From NCBI GenBank assembly GCA_963771075.1, contig CAVYSE010000028.1:320001-384000 (forward strand): DNA of 64,000 nt, read 5' to 3'. The notes under the pieces are model-generated. The model had not been told where the DNA came from, did no database searches, and was given only the letters and a program-made list of their open reading frames with translations. A program made the translations under genes and the position numbers. The stretch comes from a candidate division FCPU426 bacterium. GTDB lineage: Bacteria > Oederibacteriota > Muellerivitia > Muellerivitales > Muellerivitaceae. This document shows, one piece after another, positions 18,601-28,858 of this stretch; position 1 is the stretch's first letter, and each line of letters begins with the position of its first letter.

Positions 18601-20685
18601 ATGAAATCCATTCCTTCCTTTATATTCAATCCCTGGGTTTACTTTCTTCTTTTCGGGGCCACTCTCGCTCTCCTTTCTTTTGGGCCCTTTTCTCTCCCTG
18701 CAAAAACCGGGATTGGATTTCTGGGTTTGGTCCTTCCCTTTCTCGCGGCTTTAATCCTCTGTCCCTCCGGTCAGACATTGGAAATCTCCAATCGAAGGGA
18801 ATGGCTTCCATCCGCCCCCGTTTGGTTTTGGATCCTTTTGGGCGGGGTCGCGGTTCTGCTCCGATTTTTTGATCTGACCACCTTTGCGGCCTGGCCCCAT
18901 TACGACGAAGGTCTCACTTCCTACTACGTCCTCGATCTTTGCCGGCATTGGCAATGGAAATTATTTTTCGGCAATAACCAAACCCCTCCTCTTTTCCTCT
19001 GGGGGCTGGCCTTGGTTTACAAGGTGGGCGGGGCTTCTCTTTTTTCCCTCTGGTTTTATCCCGCGGTCATTTCCCTTTTGACAGTCCCCTTGGGCTATTT
19101 CGCCGCGCGTTCATTTTTCCCAAGGTCATTTTCCTTGACCCTTGCTTGTCTCCTCTCCGTTGGTTTTTGGCCTGTTTTTATCGGCCGATTTTCCATACCC
19201 GCCGTATTGGTGGTTTGGGGAGAATGCGGGGTTCTTGCCTTGTTGGGATGGTCTTTCCGTTCCTTCCCCGCCGATAGGAACAAACGTTTATTACTTTTGG
19301 GCCTGGGGGTCGGGCTTGGATTTTACATTTTCATTTCTTGGCCGGTCGTGGCCCTGATGCTGGGGATCGGTGTGGCAGGGTTGGGTCAGTCCATTCGTCA
19401 TCCGCGGGAATTCGCAAAAAGCATGGTGTTTTTTGGGGCCCCCTGCCTTTTGGTCATCACACCCTTGATCTGGGAAGCCATTCGACTGGGTTACGGGGAT
19501 GATTTGACCAACCTGGCCGCCTTTGGCCATTCCATTCCGTTGAGTGAGCAATTTCAGGTTTCCTTTTCCTATCTCACTTCCCTCTTTTGGGGGCTCGATC
19601 CCCAGTACCATACCTATCAACCGGTTTGGGGAGGGTATTTAAACCCCCTTTTGGGCGCTTTATTCCTATTGGGCGCGCTTGAAATCATTCAAAACCGGGA
19701 CAAGGGGATTTACCAATGGCTGGCCCTGGCCTTCCTTGTTTTCCTCTTGCCGGGAATCTTCACGCGGGAAAGAGAGACTTTTCGCATCGTGACCATCCTC
19801 CCGATTTTATTCACCATCACCACTCTCGGGATGGTTCGGCTTTTAGCCACGGCCTCGGTCAAGAAAAACGCCTGGTTGCTCTCGCTTTTCCTCATTTCCT
19901 CCGCGGGCTTGGATATTTGCCATTTGGATAAATATCACCACCTATGGGATCGGGCGGACAATTGGAAAGGCTACGCCAAATCCCTGGAACGCTCTCGAGC
20001 CTATGGCATTCTTGAGAAAGTAAGCGAGGAGGAAGGCACGGGGGGTGTTTTTTCCGATTTCACGCCCGGCCTGAGCGACCAGACCTTAAGCCTCGCCGAC
20101 TATCGGTTTAACGGGGTAGAAAACCCAGCCCTTCCCTGGGAAAACACGCGCTGGGCGGCTGTTTTAACCAATGTCAATGAAAGACCTTTTCTGGAAAGAC
20201 GTTTCGGGCCGGGGCGGGCCTATGCCCTCTCCCGGGAGGAGCTCCCTGCCGATGGAGGCTGGATGCTTTGGATCATCCCCTTGAATGAGACCAACCGTCC
20301 GGTGTTTGGGCGGTGGGTTCAGGCAAACCAGGCCCTGCGGCCATTTACGGAAACCCTCCTGACCCATCTCCAAGGCCAAAGCTATGAAAAAAGCCTTGCG
20401 ACCCTGGCCGATGCGCTGCCCTCTTTCGGCCGGGATCCCTTTCTCCTTTCCTTCTACTGGGAAAAACGGGCGGACCTGTTGATGGAAACGGGAAATCTTT
20501 CCGGGGCCGAGGAATCCCTTCAACAGGCGGTGATCCAAGGTGAACCCTCCGCTGATTTATACTACCGGTTAGGGGTTGTCGAGCTGATCCTGAAAAAAAC
20601 GAAGACGGCCCAAGGGGCCTTTCAATCCGCCCTCCGCGCCCCCTTGAATATAACGAACTCATCCCAGGCCTTGATCTCCAAATGA
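18601..20685 (+). CDS. GT-C membrane glycosyltransferase with C-terminal TPR (paralog 2)
   Basis: LRFFDL...WPHYDEG, PPLF, WGGYLNP; TPR LYYRLGV; start 18592 or 18601. Confidence 0.65.
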   Translation: MKSIPSFIFNPWVYFLLFGATLALLSFGPFSLPAKTGIGFLGLVLPFLAALILCPSGQTLEISNRREWLPSAPVWFWILLGGVAVLLRFFDLTTFAAWPHYDEGLTSYYVLDLCRHWQWKLFFGNNQTPPLFLWGLALVYKVGGASLFSLWFYPAVISLLTVPLGYFAARSFFPRSFSLTLACLLSVGFWPVFIGRFSIPAVLVVWGECGVLALLGWSFRSFPADRNKRLLLLGLGVGLGFYIFISWPVVALMLGIGVAGLGQSIRHPREFAKSMVFFGAPCLLVITPLIWEAIRLGYGDDLTNLAAFGHSIPLSEQFQVSFSYLTSLFWGLDPQYHTYQPVWGGYLNPLLGALFLLGALEIIQNRDKGIYQWLALAFLVFLLPGIFTRERETFRIVTILPILFTITTLGMVRLLATASVKKNAWLLSLFLISSAGLDICHLDKYHHLWDRADNWKGYAKSLERSRAYGILEKVSEEEGTGGVFSDFTPGLSDQTLSLADYRFNGVENPALPWENTRWAAVLTNVNERPFLERRFGPGRAYALSREELPADGGWMLWIIPLNETNRPVFGRWVQANQALRPFTETLLTHLQGQSYEKSLATLADALPSFGRDPFLLSFYWEKRADLLMETGNLSGAEESLQQAVIQGEPSADLYYRLGVVELILKKTKTAQGAFQSALRAPLNITNSSQALISK

Positions 20686-20692
20686 AGGGAAG

Positions 20693-21067
20693 GTGGACCA
20701 AATGGCGCATCGAGACTTTTTAAGCCTGGATTTGGCGGATCAGTGCGAAAGCTTGGCGGGGGAGGTCAACAAGGTTTATTCCCATTTAGCCTGGGCCATG
20801 AAAAACGCCACCGTTTCCCGCCTGAAGCGGCAGATCCACGAGTTGTCCGAGCAGGTCCATAAGGCCAAGACCTCCTCGGGGGCCCTCAAAACCCAGAAAC
20901 ATCTCAAAGAGGCGCTGTCCCTGACCCATGAGTGTGTTCCCCTGATGGCCCTCTGCTTGAAGAAGAACATGCTGTCCAAGGAGCTCCATGACCGATGGGT
21001 GAGACAACTAGGGGCGATCGAAGTTCAACTGGAAGACTGGCTAAAGGGAACGGGTGGTAAGGCGTAG
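20693..21067 (+). CDS. four-helix-bundle protein, diverged
   Basis: 124 aa, all-helical pattern resembling the 23S rRNA intervening-sequence protein family. Confidence 0.5.
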   Translation: MDQMAHRDFLSLDLADQCESLAGEVNKVYSHLAWAMKNATVSRLKRQIHELSEQVHKAKTSSGALKTQKHLKEALSLTHECVPLMALCLKKNMLSKELHDRWVRQLGAIEVQLEDWLKGTGGKA

Positions 21068-21074
21068 AAGCGGA

Positions 21075-22025
21075 TTAAGAGTTGGATCCCTGGAGCTGGA
21101 CGGTAGAGACGGTTTCCACCTGAAGCGTGGAATGATGAATTCCCTTTTTTTCCTCCAACCATCGGCTGGAACGTCGAAGGATCTCCTGGGCCCCGCTCAA
21201 GGGCTGGTCTTCCACCACCAGGTGGGCGGTTAATTGAATCTCCCCTGAGCCCACTTCCCAAAGATGCACATGGTGGACGTCCCGGATCTCCTTGATCTCC
21301 TCCATGAGATCTTTGCGAATCACGTCCGGGGTCATTCCACGGGGCGCCGACTCCAGCAGGATACGCAGGGCCCGCCGGAAAAGTTTGAATGCGATCAAGC
21401 CGATGAGGCAGGCGATCCCCAGGCTCAAGAGGGGATCCACCCAGGCCCATCCGGTTTTCGCGATGACAACCACGGCCACTAATACCCCCAGGGAGGAGGC
21501 AAGGTCACCCATCACATGGATCCAAGCGCTCTGCAGGTTCAAATCATGGCCTTCGGCCCCATGCAGGAACCAAGCCGACAGCGCGTTGGCCAGAAACCCC
21601 ACACCCGCGATGATTCCCATGGTTTTCCAATCGGGAAGACTTGGGTGGGAAAAACGCTGGAAGGCCTCCCAGGCCACCCCTCCGACCATGAGAAAAAAAG
21701 TCATGGAATTGCCCAGCGCGGCCAAGACCTCCAGCCGGGCCCATCCGTAGGTGTGGCGGGAACTGGCGGGCCTCTCGGCCATAATCATGGCGGCGAGGGA
21801 AATGAGAAGCGCGGCCAAATCCGTGAGCATGTGCCCCGCGTCGGAAAGCAACGCCAGGGAACCCGAGAGCACTCCTCCCACCGCTTCCAGGACCAGGATA
21901 CCGCCCGTGATTCCGATGGCCCATAACATTCGGGATTGGCGGCCTCGATCCAAGAACTCCTGGGTCTCGTGAGCATGCGAATGGGCCGATGGGTGGGTAA
22001 GCTTTATTGAATGAGAATGGCTCAT
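21075..22025 (-). CDS. cation diffusion facilitator (CzcD/ZitB-like Zn/Co/Cd exporter)
   Basis: His-rich N-terminus, SLALLSDAGHMLTD, TYGW.RLE, HVMGD, HVHLW, HSTLQVE; start 22025 or 22034. Confidence 0.92.
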   Translation of the reverse strand: MSHSHSIKLTHPSAHSHAHETQEFLDRGRQSRMLWAIGITGGILVLEAVGGVLSGSLALLSDAGHMLTDLAALLISLAAMIMAERPASSRHTYGWARLEVLAALGNSMTFFLMVGGVAWEAFQRFSHPSLPDWKTMGIIAGVGFLANALSAWFLHGAEGHDLNLQSAWIHVMGDLASSLGVLVAVVVIAKTGWAWVDPLLSLGIACLIGLIAFKLFRRALRILLESAPRGMTPDVIRKDLMEEIKEIRDVHHVHLWEVGSGEIQLTAHLVVEDQPLSGAQEILRRSSRWLEEKKGIHHSTLQVETVSTVQLQGSNS

Positions 22026-22172
22026 GAGCCCCATTGTATTGTCTTCACTTTCCCTTTAAACAGGGGATTAAAGGGATAAATTTACTTTCATTTCAAGGCA
22101 GGGTGAAGACTTGTTAAAATCGAAAAGTTCCCTGGCTGATTCCAATCCCAGCTTCCCGCGGACAAGCGAACA

Positions 22173-24284
22173 ATGGAAAACAGATTCAACTCCCATTTGG
22201 GAACAAGCCTGCGTTCTTGGTTTTGTTTTATTTGTTTTTCCCTCACACTTTCGGTTTTAGCCTACTTCCCACTTTCTTTTACTTGTAAAGCCTGGATCTT
22301 CCTTTTAGGTTTTGGAATTCCATTATTTGTTATTTTTGCTTTTACCCCCACTCCTCCTCCCTCAGGCCAGGTAATCCCTCCTTTCCTGGCTGAGGATCAC
22401 CTGGGCCCTCTCCACACCCGTCCCTGGATCGGACTTGTCTTGGTTCTCATCGCGGGGTTGGCCCGATTTTGGGATATCGGGTCCTCGAACCGCTGGCCGG
22501 GCGGGGATCCCGCCCTGACGGCCTTATCGGTCATTCCCTGGATGGATCATTTACAATGGAAACCCTTTGTCACCCTCAGCCAGATCCCTAGCACGCTTTA
22601 TTATCTTTTCTATCTCGTAACAAGGATGACAGGCTCCTTTATTTTGGGCATCCAGCTTCCTTCCGCAGTTCTCTCGTTTTTGACCCTCCTGATGGGATAT
22701 TCCGCCGGTCGAATATTTTTCCCCCGCACCCTCTCAATGATTTTGGGATCATTGATCGCTTTCAACATCTGGGACCTTATGCTTTCGCGTTGCGATGAGG
22801 CCGGGGTCTTACTTCCCCTTTGGGAGTGGAGCGTTTATGTTGTCCTCGGGCTCTTGATTAAATCTGCAAACCCCACAACCTGTAAGTTTCGGGCCTGCCT
22901 TTTGGGATTGGTCCTAGGATTGGGGCCTTATACCTTTATGGCTTGGCCCGTACTGGCGGTTTTGGTTTTTGGAATCGCGATGGGTTGGTTTTGGAAAAAA
23001 CGTGACGCGGCGGCTGGGGGATTTTTTTTATTTTTCCTGTTTCTGGCCCTAACCCCTTTCTTGCTTTCGGTGATGCGGGAAGGCTACGGCGGGCATCTCC
23101 ATGATGTGGCGGCCTGGAACGCTCCAGCATTTTCATGGTTCGCCCAAACATGGGTGGTTTTCAGCTATTTTCAGTCGATTTTCTGGGGCGGGACACCCGG
23201 TATCGATTTGGCTCCCGGGGGAGGGTTTTTAAATCCCATCCTGGGATCCTTTCTTCTCCTGGGTCTCCTTGAAGTCGTAAAATTCAGGCGTCATTTCCTT
23301 TCTCGGTTCCTACTAGTTGCATTACCCCTTTTCCTCCTGCCCGGGCTTCTCTCCCGTAATCTCGAAGCTCATCGGATGATTCTTGTTTTACCCATCCTTT
23401 TGATCATCGCAGCGGTGGGAATCCAATCCTTGGTAACTTCCGTTCCCGGCCGTATCCGCCTGATCATACTGGTCGGGTTCTTGGGAATTTCCGCCATTGG
23501 TGACTCAAGTCGCCTGTTCTTGCCTACAACTGAGATAAAACAAACCTTAGAGTCCCGGGAGGATTTTCGGACCTTACAGGCTTTGGCTCGCGAGCAAGGT
23601 CCAGGGTGGTTCTTTTCCGATATGATTCCCAATACGGAGGATTATTCTCTCGCCTATTGCACCTATCCTTTCAACGCGGCCTGGAATCAACACCTCAAGC
23701 AAGACGTGAAATGGGCCGCCGTTTTTACCCAAACCCATTATCTTCCCTTTCTTTCCAAGGCCTTTCCTTCCTGCCAATGGAGGGTCGCTCCGGCGGATAA
23801 ACCCGGGGTCCCCAGCCGTCACGCTTTGGGGGCGATGGTGGTCACCCCTGAAAACCGCTCACGATTGGAAGGATGGAGGTCATTTTATTTAATCCAGCAA
23901 GAGCTCAATTTGGAATCAGCGGATATCCCGACCGGAAAATCCCATCAAGCCGTCCTGGAAAAATTCCTCCGGGCTTATCCGCAAGTTCCGGCGGACCCCT
24001 TCCTTCAATCCTGTTATTTTGAAAAACTGGTCTATAACTTTTCCTGGGAAAATACCTTTAATCCCGAGGATACATGGACGAATTGGAAGAATTTTTCCGA
24101 TATCTTCCAAAAATCGTTTGAGAAAAGTTACCGGGACGCGGAACTCTGCGAGAAATACGGCCACCTCCTGGCCGTGGAGGGGGAAGACGACAGGGCGAAA
24201 AAAATGCTGGAGAGAGCGGTGAAACTTGCGCCCGGGGTTCCCTGGTTGAAGTATGAAATCAAGCAGTTGGGTTTAGGGAGTTAA
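22173..24284 (+). CDS. GT-C-like membrane protein with C-terminal TPR (paralog 3)
   Basis: Shares GGFLNP, LLPGL, YPFNA and DPFLQS blocks with paralogs 1 and 2; WPGGDP in place of WPxxDEG. Confidence 0.6.
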   Translation: MENRFNSHLGTSLRSWFCFICFSLTLSVLAYFPLSFTCKAWIFLLGFGIPLFVIFAFTPTPPPSGQVIPPFLAEDHLGPLHTRPWIGLVLVLIAGLARFWDIGSSNRWPGGDPALTALSVIPWMDHLQWKPFVTLSQIPSTLYYLFYLVTRMTGSFILGIQLPSAVLSFLTLLMGYSAGRIFFPRTLSMILGSLIAFNIWDLMLSRCDEAGVLLPLWEWSVYVVLGLLIKSANPTTCKFRACLLGLVLGLGPYTFMAWPVLAVLVFGIAMGWFWKKRDAAAGGFFLFFLFLALTPFLLSVMREGYGGHLHDVAAWNAPAFSWFAQTWVVFSYFQSIFWGGTPGIDLAPGGGFLNPILGSFLLLGLLEVVKFRRHFLSRFLLVALPLFLLPGLLSRNLEAHRMILVLPILLIIAAVGIQSLVTSVPGRIRLIILVGFLGISAIGDSSRLFLPTTEIKQTLESREDFRTLQALAREQGPGWFFSDMIPNTEDYSLAYCTYPFNAAWNQHLKQDVKWAAVFTQTHYLPFLSKAFPSCQWRVAPADKPGVPSRHALGAMVVTPENRSRLEGWRSFYLIQQELNLESADIPTGKSHQAVLEKFLRAYPQVPADPFLQSCYFEKLVYNFSWENTFNPEDTWTNWKNFSDIFQKSFEKSYRDAELCEKYGHLLAVEGEDDRAKKMLERAVKLAPGVPWLKYEIKQLGLGS

Positions 24285-27200
24285 AGTGGGACAGCTTTGG
24301 CCCGGTTTTCTCGGATGAAAAGAAGATGCGCTTCCTTGACGGGATAAGGAGTGGTCTGTCCCAGAAGTTTGGCGTAATGCTTCAATTGCTTGCCGTATTT
24401 CTCGGCTAACTTGTTCGGGTCACGGTCGGTTTTATAATCAACGATCACCCATTTCCCTTCTTCCAGAAAAACTAGGTCGAGCACGGCGTTCAAGAAATCC
24501 TTTTCGTGTTTCCCCGTGAGAGGTAATTCCCGGAAGGTCCGTTCGGACCTTTTAGCCCTTTGGATGAGAGGGTTCGCAAGGGTTTGTTCAACCCACTGGG
24601 CGGCCTCGAGTCTTTGCTCGGATGTGAGCCCCATCTTCTCCCCGTAATATTCCGCTGCTTGGGGGATCTGGGCCGGTTTCCAATCCCAGGCCTTTTCCAA
24701 AAGTAAATGCGTGAATGAACCCAATTCCTTTCCTCCCCAGGGGGAACTGGGCTCGGGCCCTTCCCAGAAACGCTCTTCGGTTTCCTTTTTATCTTCATCC
24801 ACCCCGAGAACTGAGGTAACGGATTGAAAGGTGCGCTTACCCCTCATCCCTTCGACCTGGTTTTTTCTCATTTGCCGTTCAGAATCGAGTTTTTCTTTTT
24901 CCGTTTGAAGCGCTGGGTCTTTGGGATCCACGTTCAGCTTCACCGTCCAGACCGGCGGGTCTTCTAAGGATTCCTTGAGGCTGTCAGGCTCGGCCCAAAG
25001 CACTGGCGAGCCCTTTTCTTCCAAGGCCTTCAAGAGCGGTCCCGCAAATAGGTTTTCGTTTTGGAATTTGCCCTCGGGGGGCAATTGGAAATACGGTAGC
25101 AAAAGACAATCCCGGGCGCGGGTGACGGCCACATAGAGCAGGCGGGTGTTCTCAGCCAGTTGTTGTAGTTCCTCGTCTTGTTTGACCGGGTCGTAATTGG
25201 TCGTCTTTAGACCCAGGTCAACCTTGCCCACCTTGAAGGCACCCGCCATGGCCTTGCGGTCCACCAGGCTCCCCGAATCCTTCGGGTCCGACGCCCAGGC
25301 GGAAATAAAGACGATAGGAAATTCCAGCCCCTTGGCCTTGTGGATGGTCATCAAGGTGATGCGGTCCTCCGAGGAATCGGGCCCAGGGGCCTCGCCCTCT
25401 AAGGTTCCCTCTTCCTGTTGGGTGATCAGCCATTGGGTGAAGGCCCGGTAGGTGAAATGCTGGGTGGTTTCCAGATTCCGAGCCTGGTCCAACACCTTCA
25501 TCAGGTTGGCGACCCGCTGTTCCCCGTGGGGTTGTCCAGCGGTGATGGCCAGAAGGTTGGTGTGCTCATAAAGGTAGCTCAGGGTTTCCGAAACGCCGAG
25601 GATGCGGGTGGCATCGAACCAATCCCGTAAACACTTAAAGGCTTTTCCCATCTTTTCTTTCGCATCTTCTTGAAACAGGAAAGAACCTTTGTCGGCACGA
25701 TGAAGGAACAAATCTTCGTCCGAAAACCCAAAGAGGGGCCCCCGCAAGACCGCCACGCAGGCCGCCTCGTCCGCCGGCGAGGAGAGGCAGGTGAGGAGGG
25801 TAGAAAGGGCAACGATCTCGGGCCGGTTGTAGAATCTTTTGCCCCCGATGATCTGGTAGGGCAGGTCCCGCTTGCGCAAGGCTTCTTCCCAGAATTCCTC
25901 GTTTTCATTGGAAAGGTCTCGAAACAGGATGGCGATATCACCCGCCCGAATCGGTCTTTTCTCATGTGTCTGCGGGTCCGAGACCGTCCATCCACCATTA
26001 AGGACCTTTTCTTTCAAGTAGGCCGCCACCCATTCAGCTTCCTGCTGACGGTAAAAGGATTTGGTATCTTCCGACCATTCGGGAATGGGAACCTTCAGAC
26101 CCCAAAGAATAGGGAGTGTGCCTTCGGTCTTCCCTTTTTCCCTGCTGGCGTTCAAGGCCCGATAGGTGATGCCCGAACCCTCGAATTGGGGAAGAAACCG
26201 CTCGTTGACCCATTCGACCAACCCACCCACGGTTCGGAAATTCTCGGTCAGCACCTCCACCTTGCCGCCATTGGCTAGGATTCGTTCCTTGGTAGCTTCG
26301 TAGATGGCCACGTCCGCCCTCCGGAAACGGTAGATGCTTTGTTTGGGGTCTCCCACCAAGAACAGCTTTCCAGGTTCAAGAGCAGCCTTCTTCCAGTCTT
26401 TTTCGTGGCGCCCCTGTAATTCGCAAAGGAAGAAAACTATCTCGACCTGAAGCGGGTCTGTGTCTTGGAACTCGTCCACAAAGAGGGTGTCGAACCGTTT
26501 TTTTATCTCTTCCCGGCTGTCCGGGTGGTCACGTAGAAGGTCCCGAGTCTTTAAAAGCAGGTCGTCGAAATCGAGGAATCCGCTTCGAGCCTTCTGGGTT
26601 TCCCATTCCTTCAAGTAGCCCCCGATCCAATGGATGAGGTTCAACAACACCGCTTCCCGGAAGGGGGCAAAAGCGGAGCTGTGATCCTCGGCGAGTCGTT
26701 CAAAACGCAGGCGGATCTCTTCCAAAACCGCCTTGTCCCAAGCCTTTTGATTGCCTTTCTTTTTGGCCTTGGGAATATCGAGTGAAGCCAATTCAAAAGC
26801 TATCTCTTCAGGCTTTATCGGACCACTCGCATCAATTGCTTTCCCCTTCTCCCTTGCGGGGAGAAGGTCGGGATGTGGGTGGGAATGGCTAACATGGTTA
26901 CCCCTCACCCTACCCTCTCCCTCAAGGGGAGAGGGTTTTTCCAAAATTTCGATGATTTGACTATCGGCCCAGAAGGATTCAAGAGCTTCATACAACTTGT
27001 CTTTGTGGTCCTTGCAGTCTTTCGCGGTCTTTTTGCTCCAAGCGAGGAATTCTTTCCACTCCTTGCGGAATGGCTCGACCGAGAGAAGCGCTTGTTTTTC
27101 CGGGGTTTTCAGAAGAGTCCGATTGCGTTTGAGGAATTGTTTGAGTTTATCCACATGCTCGAAAGTTCCCCCCAGGCGCAGGAACCGGAAGAGGGGTTCA

Positions 27201-27673
27201 ACTGGATGGGAAAGGTTCTTCTTGAGCCAATGTTCCCAGGTCTGGGTCTCAAAAGCGCCGGATTGAACCTCATCCATCAATGCAAATTGGGGGTCCACCC
27301 CGGCTTCGACTGGGTATTCCTTCAATAATCCAGCGCAGAATGAGTGGATGGTCGAAATGGGGGCCTTTTCCATATCTTCTAAGGCTTTTAGGATCAGGTC
27401 TTTTTGTTCGGGTTGTTTTGCTAGGGCCTCTTCAAGTTTGGAGCGCAGACGTTGGGCCAGCTCGGCGGCGGCCTTTTCGGTGAAGGTAATAGCCGCGATG
27501 CGGCTTAAGGGAACCTTTTTTTCAAGCAATAGGGCGATGAGCCGGGCGACCAATTGTGTGGTCTTGCCCGTGCCCGCTCCCGCGTCTACCGCGAAGAGGG
27601 TCTCATGTTCATGAGTGACACGGTCCCGAATTGATTCGTCGGAAACACTTTTCAACTTTCTATTTCCTTTCAA
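24281..27673 (-). CDS. addA: AddA/UvrD-type helicase-nuclease
   Basis: AGAGTGKT, TFTEKAA, VDEFQDT, VGDPKQSIYRFRRAD, TIHKAKGLEF, YVAVTRA and C-terminal IVDYKT nuclease. Confidence 0.9.
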   Translation of the reverse strand: MKGNRKLKSVSDESIRDRVTHEHETLFAVDAGAGTGKTTQLVARLIALLLEKKVPLSRIAAITFTEKAAAELAQRLRSKLEEALAKQPEQKDLILKALEDMEKAPISTIHSFCAGLLKEYPVEAGVDPQFALMDEVQSGAFETQTWEHWLKKNLSHPVEPLFRFLRLGGTFEHVDKLKQFLKRNRTLLKTPEKQALLSVEPFRKEWKEFLAWSKKTAKDCKDHKDKLYEALESFWADSQIIEILEKPSPLEGEGRVRGNHVSHSHPHPDLLPAREKGKAIDASGPIKPEEIAFELASLDIPKAKKKGNQKAWDKAVLEEIRLRFERLAEDHSSAFAPFREAVLLNLIHWIGGYLKEWETQKARSGFLDFDDLLLKTRDLLRDHPDSREEIKKRFDTLFVDEFQDTDPLQVEIVFFLCELQGRHEKDWKKAALEPGKLFLVGDPKQSIYRFRRADVAIYEATKERILANGGKVEVLTENFRTVGGLVEWVNERFLPQFEGSGITYRALNASREKGKTEGTLPILWGLKVPIPEWSEDTKSFYRQQEAEWVAAYLKEKVLNGGWTVSDPQTHEKRPIRAGDIAILFRDLSNENEEFWEEALRKRDLPYQIIGGKRFYNRPEIVALSTLLTCLSSPADEAACVAVLRGPLFGFSDEDLFLHRADKGSFLFQEDAKEKMGKAFKCLRDWFDATRILGVSETLSYLYEHTNLLAITAGQPHGEQRVANLMKVLDQARNLETTQHFTYRAFTQWLITQQEEGTLEGEAPGPDSSEDRITLMTIHKAKGLEFPIVFISAWASDPKDSGSLVDRKAMAGAFKVGKVDLGLKTTNYDPVKQDEELQQLAENTRLLYVAVTRARDCLLLPYFQLPPEGKFQNENLFAGPLLKALEEKGSPVLWAEPDSLKESLEDPPVWTVKLNVDPKDPALQTEKEKLDSERQMRKNQVEGMRGKRTFQSVTSVLGVDEDKKETEERFWEGPEPSSPWGGKELGSFTHLLLEKAWDWKPAQIPQAAEYYGEKMGLTSEQRLEAAQWVEQTLANPLIQRAKRSERTFRELPLTGKHEKDFLNAVLDLVFLEEGKWVIVDYKTDRDPNKLAEKYGKQLKHYAKLLGQTTPYPVKEAHLLFIRENRAKAVPL
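26843..26935. repeat. REP-like palindrome doublet inserted in frame in addA
   Basis: CCTTCTCCC-TTGCG-GGGAGAAGG and CCCCTCACCCTA-CCCTCTCCC-TCAAG-GGGAGAGGG in inverted orientation; translates as PSPLEGEGRVRG...PHPDLLPAREKG. Confidence 0.8.
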
Positions 27674-28124
27674 ACATTAATATCAATATTTCACTTATTT
27701 CATTTTCCTTTGCATCTCGAATAAAAAAGCCATTCCCAATTTGTGTTTCAAAAAAGTTAGGACCAATTCCAAAATATCCTAAGAATTTACCATCTGAATA
27801 AAACTCAATCCGTTTTTTGTGAACGGGAACTCCGTACCACGGAACATACCAATATTTACTTTTTAGACCTATAAATGTTTTAATTTTTTTTATTGTTTCA
27901 GCATCTCTGGTCTCGCCAAATTTTGAATCCATGTTACTTTTAAAAATTAAGTGGTCCGCTTTCTCAATTGATGCGACTGGATAGGTATTTTTCTGATTAT
28001 CATTAAATACCGAACAACCACAAAAAAAAGAGGTCGTAAGGAAAAAAGAAATAATACCTTTAGCGAATCGAAAATTACTCGCGGCTAATTTATTTCCTGT
28101 TGAACCTACATTTTCTTGGCTCAT
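27660..28124 (-). CDS. AT-rich hypothetical putative lipoprotein
   Basis: GGAGG RBS then ATG 28124; hydrophobic stretch ending FCGC (lipobox-like); much lower GC than flanks. Confidence 0.55.
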   Translation of the reverse strand: MSQENVGSTGNKLAASNFRFAKGIISFFLTTSFFCGCSVFNDNQKNTYPVASIEKADHLIFKSNMDSKFGETRDAETIKKIKTFIGLKSKYWYVPWYGVPVHKKRIEFYSDGKFLGYFGIGPNFFETQIGNGFFIRDAKENEISEILILMFERK

Positions 28125-28302
28125 ACCGGTTCCTCCAGCTTGAAAAAATCCCAACCTTATAATCTTCCCGTTTCCGCTCGCCTCGCTTTTCCGCGCCAGG
28201 TCCGCATAAAAATCTACAGTTGCACCGCTCACAAGCCTTGGCCGCAGCGGGGAAAAGGCCCTGCTCCACGTCTTACGATGCGGTCATCAAATGAGCCTTT
28301 AA
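28121..28302 (-). pseudogene. diverged duplicate of the addB 3' end
   Basis: Reads LKAHLMTAS*DVEQGLFPAAAKACERCNCRFLCGPGAEKRGERKRED... versus AddB LKALLMNASQAVERGLFPAAAKACERCDFRLLCGPGSEKRGERKRED; contains a stop and a frameshift. Confidence 0.88.
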
Positions 28303-28344
28303 GTCCCACTTGTTCCCTTTCCCTGGGCGCAATATACTTACGCC

Positions 28345-28527
28345 ATGACACTCAAAACCCTTGAAAAAGCCATCCAAAAGCTGAAGCCGGAAGAGCAACG
28401 TAAGTTTCTTCGCGACTTACCCGCCCTGATCCGCCTTTCCAAGGACGATTTAGCCCGGCTGAAGGCAGCTGAAAAATCCTTTGCCTTCTGGAACAACCCC
28501 GAAGATGCCGTTTATGACCACCTTTAA
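28345..28527 (+). CDS. putative type II antitoxin
   Basis: 60 aa with tail FAFWNNPEDAVYDHL; overlaps the downstream PemK toxin. Confidence 0.75.
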   Translation: MTLKTLEKAIQKLKPEEQRKFLRDLPALIRLSKDDLARLKAAEKSFAFWNNPEDAVYDHL

Positions 28528-28858
28528 AAAGGGTGACATCGTTCTAGTAGCTTTTCCCTTTACCGACCTTACCACCACCAAAGTACGTCCGGCTTTAGTC
28601 ATTTCCTCAGACTCTTTTCAAAGGTCAAGCCTAGATATTGTTTTAGCAGGCATTACCTCCCAGATTCCCAAAAAGCTACCCATTACTGATTTCCTTTTGT
28701 CGGAAGAGGACCAACACCAAGCTGGCCTCCCCAAACCCTCCATCGTGCGGCTAGGCAAGATCGTCACCTTGGACAAACGGTTGATTCGAAAAAAATTAGG
28801 CCATCTTCCTGAGGTCACCCTATCCAAGTTGACCATGGAACTACATAAAGTTATTTAA
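28514..28858 (+). CDS. PemK/MazF-family endoribonuclease toxin
   Basis: KGDIVLVAFPFTD...KVRPALVIS...ITS...GLPKPS.VRLGKI. Confidence 0.9.
   Translation: MTTFKKGDIVLVAFPFTDLTTTKVRPALVISSDSFQRSSLDIVLAGITSQIPKKLPITDFLLSEEDQHQAGLPKPSIVRLGKIVTLDKRLIRKKLGHLPEVTLSKLTMELHKVI

Noticed and set aside
28125..28364. ORF 28116..28364 and the N-terminal extension of 27660..28232
   Set aside because: Both are alternative frames of the addB remnant
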